Below the pieces are notes generated by a model. It worked only from the letters and a program-made list of their open reading frames with translations. It was not told where the DNA came from and searched no databases. Below are positions 51,342-64,000 of a stretch of DNA of 64,000 nucleotides, piece by piece (position 1 is the first letter of the stretch; each line of letters starts with the position of its first letter). This DNA is from the human T2T-CHM13v2.0 reference genome, Homo sapiens, in NCBI RefSeq assembly GCF_009914755.1, contig NC_060931.1. The stretch is one strand, 5' to 3'. A program made the translations under genes and the position numbers.

Positions 51342-53120
51342 CCATAGTCCCATATTTCCTAGAGGCTTTGTTCGTTCCTTTTTATTCTTCTTTCTCTAAT
51401 TTTGTTTTTTCTCTTTATTTCATTAAGTTGATTTTCAATCACTGATTTCCTTTCTTCCGCTTGATTTGGCTATTGAAACTTGTGTATGCGTCACGAAGTT
51501 CTCGTGCTGTGTATTTTCAGCTCCGTCAGGTCATTTATGTTCTTCTCTAAACTGGTTATTCTAGTTAGCAATTCGTCTAACCGTTTTTCAAGGTTCTTAG
51601 CTTCCTTGCATTGGGTTAGAACATGCTCCTTTAGCTCGGAGGAGTTTTGTTATTATCCACCTTCTAAAGCCTACTTCTGTCAATTCGTCAAATGCATTCT
51701 CTGTCCAGTTTTGTTCCCTTGCTGTCAAGGAGTTTTGATCCTTGGAGGAGAAGAGGCGTTCTGGTTTTTGGAATTTTCAGCCTTTTTGCACTGGTTTCTC
51801 CCCATCTTTGTGGATTTATCTAACTTTGGTCCTTGATGTTGGTGACCTTTGGATGGGGTCTTTGAGTGGAACTGCTATTCCTTTCTGTTAGTTAGTTTTC
51901 CTCTGACAGTCAGGCTTCTTTGGTGCTGGTCTGCTGGACTTTGCTGGAGGTCCACTCCCAACCCTGTTTGCCTGGGTATCACCAGTGGAGGCCGCAGAAC
52001 AGCAAAGATTGCTGCCTGATCTTTCCTCTGTAAGCTTCATCCCAGAGGGGCCCCTGCCAGATGCCAGCCAGAACTCTCCTGCATGAGGCATCTGTCGACC
52101 CCTGCTGAGAGTTATCTCCCTGTCGGGATACATGGGGTTCAGGTACCCACTTGAGGAGGCAGTCTGGACCCTTAGTAGAGCTTGAACTCTGTGCTGGGAG
52201 GTCCACTGCTCTCTTAAGAGCCATCTGGCAGGGAAGTTTAAGTTCTGCTGAAGCTGCATTCACAGCCATCCCTTTCCCAAGGTGCTCTGTGCCAGGGAGA
52301 TGGGGGGTTTTATCTATAAGTCCCTGACTTGGGCTGCTGCCTTTTTTTCAGAGATGCCCTGTCCAGAGAAGGGAAATCTGGCAGTCTGGCCACAGCAGCC
52401 TTGCTGAGCTGCAGTGGGCTCCGCCCAGTTCAAACTTCTCAGGGGCTTTGTTTACACTGTGAGGGGAAAACCGCCTACGCAAGCCTCAGCAATGGCAGAT
52501 GCCCCTCCCCCTACCAAGCTCAAATGTCTCAGGTCAATCTCAGACTGTTGCTGTGCTGGCAGCGAGAATTTCAAGCCAGTGGATCTTAGTTTGCTGGGCT
52601 CCGTAGGGGTGGGACCCGCTGAGCCAGACCACTTGGTTCCCTGGCTTCAGCACCCCTTTCCAGGGGAGTGAACTGTTATGTCTCACTGGCGTTCCAGGTG
52701 CCACTGGGGTATGGAAAAAAGGAACTCCTGCAGCTAGTTATGTGTCTGCCCAAATGGCCGCCCAGCTTTATGCTTGAAAGCCAGGGCCCCGGTGGGGTAG
52801 GCACTGGAGGAAATCTCCTGGTTTGCCTGTTGCAAAAACCATGGGACAAGTGCAGTATCTGTGCTGGAGTTCCTCAGACTCAGTCCCTCAAGGCTTCCCT
52901 GGGCTAGGGGAGAAAATTCCCTGATACCTTACGCTTCCCGGGTGAGGTGACACCCTGCCCTGCTTCAGCTCACCCTCCGTGGGCTGCACCCACTGTCCAA
53001 CCATTCCCAGTGAGACGAACCGGGTACCTCAGTTGGAAATGCAGAAATCACTCACCTTCTGCGTCGATCTTGCTGGGAGCTGCAGACTGGAGCTCTTCCT
53101 ATTTGGCCATCTTGCCAGCC
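51342..53120 (-). mobile_element. L1PA7-like 5'UTR plus first part of ORF1 (outer element of composite 2)
   Basis: 5' end ggctggcaagatggcc at 53120, same type as the 18722-25159 copy; ORF1 broken at 51342; right TSD ttgttctgtatttcttt 53139-53155. Confidence 0.92.
52492..52671 (+). other. L1 ORF0-like antisense ORF (59 aa)
   Basis: GCAATGG Kozak context; MADAPPPTKLKCLRSISDCCCAGS..GSVGVGPAEP. Confidence 0.45.
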
Positions 53121-53724
53121 TTGACAAAATCTTAAGAGTTGTTCTGTATTTCTTTAGCTATCAAGTATTTATGGAGGTCCTGGTATATATTTAATGTTAG
53201 GCTAAGGATAATTCAAAAATCACTATATAAAATGAAGCAGTTGGTAAGAAAACACAAACAAGCAAACGACTGCCTGTAGCAATTTGCTTTGTATTTTGTT
53301 GCAGAGGGTAACAATTTGAGAACAATTCAAGATAATACATTAAAGAGTCATATTTCACGATTAAACAGTCAATTTGGACAGTTCAAAGAGTATACACTGA
53401 AAACACCATCATAGATTGTATAAGACTTGAAAAGGGTCTAGAGGGATGATGGAGAAAGGCTCTTTAAGAGGGTAATGGCATAAACAAAGCCGTAGAAGTG
53501 GGAATGATCTTGGTTAGCTCACAAAGCAGCCAAACAGACTTCAGAGGGAGAGGTGGGAGTGTAGCTAAAATGTCGTGGGAAATAGGGTTGAGAGAGAGAC
53601 AAGAGCCAACTAATGGAAGGCCTTGAAAGTCAAACAGAGGAGTTGTCACTGTCTTGGGAGAAAAATAGGATCCTTTTAATATTCGGAGTCCAAGAACAAA
53701 AGATTTTAAGATGTTTATCTTTTT

Positions 53725-53880
53725 TTTTGGTGCAAAGAGCCCCGAATCCTGAAACAGAATACCTAGGCTATAGTCTTGGTTTCACCATTATAAAATTGTG
53801 CAATCTTGAGCAAGCTAGTGGATCTTTCTGAGCTTTAGTTCTTGCATTCACAAATTGGGGATGAAAATACCAGCCTTACC
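53725..53880 (+). mobile_element. MIR fragment, flanked by probable L2 relics
   Basis: cctaggctatagtcttggtttcaccatt..tgtgcaatcttgagcaag..ctttctgagctttagttc..aaattggggatga. Confidence 0.6.
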
Positions 53881-54967
53881 AGTCAGGTTCAGCACACCAT
53901 TAAGCCACTGCAGCTACACAGGTGTGAGGAAATGAGGATCTGGAGGGTGGCAGTGGCTACAGAAAATGAGTGGGAGAAACAAATCAAAGAGATGCTGCAG
54001 AGGCTGACATTATGTCATGTAGGTGACTTTGGTCTGCCTGTCTCCAGGAAAAAATAACACTTCCAATTCACTTCTTTCCCTGAAACTTTATCTTCTCACC
54101 TCAGGTCCTCTACAAATCCTCACATTTTGCTGTTCTCTTTCTTCCCTTGTCCGTTTTGGGAAAGAGTATTTTTGTCCCTACTTACATCACCCAAGAGGGT
54201 TCAGACTGTCTCTGAGGAGTCACCAACAGATTTCCAAAAGACCTCTGTTGTCTACTGTTTCTTCACCACTCAGCTTATATGCTTTCATCTATTAACCTGT
54301 TAACATCTTTCCTTAGTAATGTATATCTTTCCTTTTTTTGAGTTCAAGTGATTGTTTTATTGTAAAGGCAAATAAACTGTTACTAAAGTAAACTAATACA
54401 TGTGAGTTACAGGTGTCACTGCATGAATGTATTGACTGAATATCTGCTAGGAAATGAGATGTGAAATTTAAGCATGCTTTTGGAATTACATACATATTTT
54501 TGTTCAAAGCACATTTTAATGGTTCTATAAAAGTATAACATCTTCCTTAGAGCATATAAATGATTAGTATCAAAATTAGACATATAAACACCATGTGGGT
54601 TCAATAATTTTTCGTTATTTCTGCCTGCTGCAGAACTAGCCCTGTGACCAGGCTCTGCCTGCATCTTAAATCACATGCACACTATATTAGTCCTTCCCTC
54701 ATCTTCCACTCTAGGCTAAGGGAGTCCAGAATGGGCACCATTAGCAATTCCTAATGGAAGCTCTAATTCCTACTTAGAAGCAAACAGTAGGAAATTAAAT
54801 CAGTTCAATCTAAAAAGATACAGTGGCAGTTCTATTTCACAAGGGATGCTGGTTAAACAGTTAACCCAGAGTGAACTCCTCCTGTTCTTTGATTGGGAAG
54901 CCTTTCAGACCTTAATTACTGTGTTCTGTGAATCTGTGAGAGATGTTCGTAATGTCCTTTCTTATTT

Positions 54968-55276
<309 letters not shown>

Positions 55277-55362
55277 GTACCTTCTTATTTTCTGTATCTC
55301 TCCGGAGTTTCTGCAGAGTCTGATTCTAAATGACTTTTATTTCCCACCTAAAAAATTATTGA

Positions 55363-58075
<2,713 letters not shown>

Positions 58076-58485
58076 GGGGGGAAAAGGGTCTCTTTTCCAC
58101 TTTCCCAAATATTTCACTATTTTTTTCCTTCCTGTTAGCCACCTGATCTTTCTGATTACTTGTTACCAGCACAACTCTCTTCCTTCCTGTTCCCTCATTT
58201 CTTTCTTGAGTCTCCTTGTGTTTAGGATTAGGAAAAGTGAAGTGATTTAGGATTAGGAGAAGTGAAAGGATCAGGAAGTCACACTGCTAATGACAAGTCC
58301 TGGAGATGATGCGGAGGAGCAGAAACTCATGCTAGTGCTGGAGAGAGTGTAAACTGGTACAACCAATTGGAGATCAGTTTGGCAATAGATATTAAAAAGA
58401 TGCTCAGCACCTGACCTGTAATTATCAATTACAACAATTATCATTAGGGCGGACCCCTAGCAAGTGAGGTCTTACTATGTGCAAG

Positions 58486-58864
58486 TGATATGGTTTGGCT
58501 GTGCACCCACCTGAATCTCATCTTGTCTTGTAGTTCCCATAATCTCCACGTGTTGTGGGAGGGACCAGGTGGAGATAATTGAATCATGGAAGCGGTTTCT
58601 CCCATCCTGTTCTCGTGATAGTAAGTTAGTTCTCACGAGATCTGATGGTTTTATAAACGGCTTCCCCCTCTGTGGGGCACTTGCTCATTTTCCTTCCTGC
58701 TGCGGTGTGGAGAAGGGTGTGTTTGCTTCCCTTTCTGCCGTGATTGTAAGTCTCCTGAGGCCTCCCCAGCCATACTGAACTGTGAGTCAATTAAACCTCT
58801 TTCCTTTATAAATTACCCAGTCTCCTGTATGTCTTTATTGGCAGCATGAGAACGAACTACTACG
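58486..58864 (+). mobile_element. THE1 (THE1C/D-like) MaLR solo LTR inserted in a MIR
   Basis: tgatatggtttggctgtg..gtagttcccataatc..ttaaacctcttttcctttataaattacccagtctc; TSD gcaag/ggaag. Confidence 0.92.
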
Positions 58865-59059
58865 GGAAGACCGTTTTTGCTGCTTTATTCTCTTCAAGGA
58901 GGTTCTATCATTATCCTAATTTTACTAATGAGGAAACCAAGGTGCAGAGAAACTAAATAACACACCCAAGGTCGTACTGTTGTGGTAGAGCTGGGGTTTA
59001 GATTGGAGCAGTTAGGCTCCAGAGCACCAAATATTGCCTGTAATAATGCAGGTCCCAGG

Positions 59060-59600
59060 AGTGATGATTATTAGTATTCTCTGCAACACTACTTAGAATA
59101 ATAAAAAGGTATGAATAGCCTAACTTGCTCCTTCAAGAGGGAATGCATGGATATACCCATGGACTATTGTTAGGAGCTTAAATGAATGAACTGGATCTAT
59201 AAATATTAACATGGAAAATCTCAAAAATAGAATCTTGCAGGAAGAAAATCAAGGTACTGCAAAATACACACAATAACACCATGGATGGAAATTTTAAAAC
59301 ACATAAAACAAAAATACATAGTTTACAGATAACTGCATATGTAGTAGTTAAAAACCTTAGGTGAGAATTATATAGTCCAACTGAATTATGTCTTACCTTG
59401 AGAGATGAATGGAGTAAGTGATAAGGAATGGAGGTGATTTTCTGTTTTTATTTAACACGAAAAAGAAAGTTGATGAAAACATGGCAAAATATTAACATGT
59501 TTAGTTCAGGCACTGGGTACATAAGTATCATATTTTTAAATTTCTGTACGTTTAAAACATTTTATATAAGCATTTTGAAAACACTTAAAAAAGAAATGAG
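59060..59600 (+). mobile_element. Ancient L1ME 3'UTR fragment
   Basis: aaatgaatgaactggatctat..aacatggaaaatctcaaaaat..gggtacataagtatc..tttctgtacgtttaaaacatttta. Confidence 0.6.
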
Positions 59601-60431
59601 AAATTAGCCAAAATCTGACATGGAGGAGACCATCAATTTGGTGGCTGTTCAAGTCAAAACAAATAATTCTTGAGTACAGATTAAGTTCCCAATATGGTGA
59701 GGGAATAAAAAAATAAGGAAAAGGCACTTTCTGGGAGTCTAGAGATCAGTTAAAAATACAGAGCCAGGCCAATACAATAACTAGGAAACAACATATGCAT
59801 ACGCAGAGATTTGTGTAGCACAACCTACACATACTAGATAAATTTCACTTGAGAGGTTTTAGCAGCTTGTCTATGGTCAGTGTTGCAGAGGAAAGATGAC
59901 TTTATTGGGCTAGTCTTTGACCTATGGCTGGCCCTTTGAGTATGATGCCTGATGTGAGTGGTAGCTGGGATTCAGCTCTCAAGGAATGGAGAATAGGAAG
60001 CACTTAGCTATCCACCCACATTGACAGCCTGTTTCTGATGTAGAGAAGCCAAAAATGTAATTTTATTATTTTTTTAGCCAGCTCTGTTTATATATCTCAT
60101 GTCCATAGATTTGGTGTAATTACAGCCTAGAGATAATACCTAAGGTATTTATTGAACAAGTTCATTCTGACTGGGTAATATTTGTTATTTATTTAGCTCT
60201 CTAAATGTACACGGTACTTGACAAATATGTAGAAAGACAAGTTTCCTGCCCTGGGGAGTTTATGTTCTAATGCAGACAAACAGAACAGAAGGGGTGGGAT
60301 CTTGACTTGAAGACTTGGCAGGTTGGGAGAGGCTGGCTTGGTAGGAGAGAAGGGAACCTGAAGACTCTGGAAAAGTGAGACTGGAAATGTGAAAGGAATA
60401 GAGGACTTTTAGAGACATCCTTTAAAAGTAA

Positions 60432-60943
<512 letters not shown>

Positions 60944-61009
60944 AAAAAATGTTTTTGAGGGTAGGGAAGAGGTTAAGACAAATGAATCTGATTGTGACAA
61001 TAGTAAGAT

Positions 61010-61275
61010 TAGTAGCAGAAGTATTATTATGTTAGCAGCAGCTGTAGTGTATTGAAGCTACCATATGCCAGGCAATGATGCAATGCATCTGTGCTAGACT
61101 CCTTGTGTACATTGTTTCACCAGTTCTAAAAGGCTGATTTTAGTGTCATTACTTTATGTTTGTGGAAACTGAGGTCCAGAGAGGTTAGATAACTTGCCCA
61201 AAGTGACACATCTGGGAAGTGAATAAGCATGAATTCAAACTTAGATATGACTCCAAAGTCCATGCTTTTTACTTT
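61010..61275 (-). mobile_element. MIR SINE
   Basis: ggaaactgaggtccagagaggttagataacttgcccaaagtgacaca..gaattcaaac..gactccaaagtcc. Confidence 0.8.
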
Positions 61276-61645
61276 ATGCTCCCCTCCAGACAAAGAGAAC
61301 ATTAAGGAATGAGGAATAGACAGGAGGGTTAGAACATAGGCTAATTGTACACCCTCAGCAACATTAAATGCAACCACCTCAGCATTTAAGGGGGTAAATT
61401 TCCTTATGTGAGAAAAAGTAGAGTCGCAGCTAGTAGGTGAAATGACTGAACCGAATTGCACTTATTGCTAGGAAATTTAAACAAGACAAATTTGTTGAGT
61501 CTTATGCTAATGTTCTAAGAGAACAGTCAGGGAATAGAAAGATATGGTATTATCATGGAGGAAACCAGCAATGAGGAAAGATGACAGACTAAGCTTCAAA
61601 ATTCCTTAAGAAGTGGACACTTAAGAGCTCTGGATCTGCAACTAA

Positions 61646-62155
<510 letters not shown>

Positions 62156-62329
62156 TAAAATAAGTTTTAATAAAATTATATTGGACAGATATATCTATAA
62201 TATATACATGATATTATATTCAATTAGATAATATAGATAAAATTATATCCAATAAGGTTAATAAAAGTAAAATGATTATAAATTTACCTGAAATACTCTT
62301 TCCCAACCCCTCACTCCCACTCAACCACC

Positions 62330-62575
62330 TACCCATCACACTTCTATTCATATTTTAAGACCCAACTCAAAATTCCTTGTCAATCTGATGCTTCTATGTT
62401 GTTCTACCACTGTTCCATGTACATAATTTCATGATAGCATTTATTATATGATCTTATAATTAGTTTCATGTAAGTTTTCTTAATAGACTATAAGGTCCTT
62501 GAAGGTGGGAACCAAGTTTTGCTCAAAGTGTCTGTCATGTATTAAGTACTCAAATAGTTATTGAATAAGTCAATG
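62330..62575 (+). mobile_element. L2 3' fragment
   Basis: agactataaggtccttgaaggtgggaacca..taagtactcaaatagttattgaat. Confidence 0.6.
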
Positions 62576-63119
62576 ACTAGATAAAATGAGAATCAAGGGA
62601 AAGAAGAGGAAGCAAGTATGCTAAGTATGGATTGACATGTACTTCTGTTGCTGAGCATCAGATTTGATTCTGGAAGCTAGGGCAAAAGGTAAACACAAAG
62701 TCACATGATTCTCATCATCAAAAGGAAAAGGCAAACACATTCTCAGGGAGGCAGTGTTTATGGCTATTTATGTCTGATTAACCTTTATTTGTTATAAGTA
62801 ATATGCAATAAGTAATATGTTTTAAACTGATTTTTTTCAAGCAGAAGGTTCATAGTAAATAAAGTATATCTCCTTATTTAATAAGGGATGGCCAGGTTGT
62901 CAAAGAGCTATAACCAGAATTTCCCAGTGCCACTGACAAAAGATCCCTAAATTTATTAAGAAATGTGACAATATTACCATGAAAATGCTTTTTTCTTTGT
63001 TGTTGATGAGTTAGTATGCCACAAAAGGAAATACATTCTAATCACCAATGAATGTAATTCACAGCAGCATTTAAAAAAATCATATGTCAAGTGCCTTCTT
63101 TTTCAGCATATTTATTTTT

Positions 63120-63708
63120 TAAATTTAAATTTATATTTTAAACAACTAATAATAGTTGTGTATATTTATGGGGTACAGTGTGATGCTTTGAGAGAGATAT
63201 ATATATACACATACACATTGAGAAATGATTATATCAAATTGGTATATCAATCACCTCACATAATTTTTTATGGTGAGAACATATAAAATTTATTCTTTTA
63301 GCAATTTTGAACTGTACAACACATTAGCTATGGTCACCTTGCTGTGCAATAGATATTGAAAACTTATTTCTCTTGTCTAATTGAAACTTTGTACCCTTTG
63401 GTCAACCTCTTTCCATTCCTTTCCCCTTCTCCCACCTCTGGTAATCACCGTTCTAACCTTTATTTCTATGAGTTTTACTTTTTTGGATTCCATATATGAG
63501 TGAAATCATGTGGTATATGTTTTTCTGTGCCTGGTATATTTTAGCATAATGTCCTCCAGATTCATTCACGTTTTTGTAAATGACAGAATTTGCTTCTTTT
63601 TAAAGATTGAATAATATTTAATCATATATATGTATAAAAACACACTCATACTCTATTCTTGCATTGATGGACACAGGTTTGTTCCATATCTTGACTATTG
63701 TGAATAAT
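63120..63708 (-). mobile_element. 5'-truncated L1MA (MA6-8-like) 3' end
   Basis: gttgtgtatatttatggggtacagtgtgatg..gctgtgcaatagat; TSD agcatattt(a/g)tttt starting at 63105 and 63709. Confidence 0.88.
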
Positions 63709-63729
63709 AGCATATTTGTTTTGAAACAT

Positions 63730-63945
63730 GTGGTTCAGTAAATAGAAGATGCATCTTGGAATCAAGCATCCTTAGGCTCAGTTCCTAGCTCTGCCATTTA
63801 TTTGCTATGCAATCATGGAAAAATTATAGTATCTCTGAGCTTCAGTCCCTCATCTGTAAAACTTCTATAAGCAGTGTATACAGCAGTATATGTCAAACAC
63901 ATAGGGATTTCATATAGTAGCCACTCAATCAATGATGGTTATTAT
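63730..63945 (+). mobile_element. MIR SINE
   Basis: ttggaatcaag..ctagctctgccatttatttgctatgcaatc..ctctgagcttcagtccctcatctgtaaaa. Confidence 0.75.
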
Positions 63946-64000
63946 CAAAGGCAAAAATGCAATTCTTCCCTGGTTGCCTTTCATTAGGGTATTTGAAACC

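Overview
Primate (human-like) non-coding DNA, an intron or gene desert, made up mostly of transposable elements. I found no host protein-coding exon, RNA gene or CRISPR array. Nearly all listed ORFs are broken LINE-1 ORF1/ORF2 pieces, Alu read-throughs or antisense frames. Content: old L1M and younger L1PA LINEs (nested, about half of the window or more), seven Alus, MaLR/ERVL solo LTRs, Tigger/Charlie DNA transposons, MIR/L2 relics and microsatellites. Main observations: (1) two independent 'double-5'UTR' L1 composites (1154-17739 and 45205-53138), each the 5' part of one L1 fused to a second co-oriented L1 and bracketed by a single target-site duplication (TSD); (2) several local templated-insertion or inversion scars (6117-6261, 22322-22348, 33733-34300, 39976-40091); (3) a repeat-free ~1.2 kb island (~42.5-43.66 kb) with clustered splice signals and TF motifs, a candidate conserved non-coding element or lncRNA exon; (4) ORF0-like antisense ORFs in two L1PA 5'UTRs. 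Subfamily names come from recalled consensus features, not from a RepeatMasker run.
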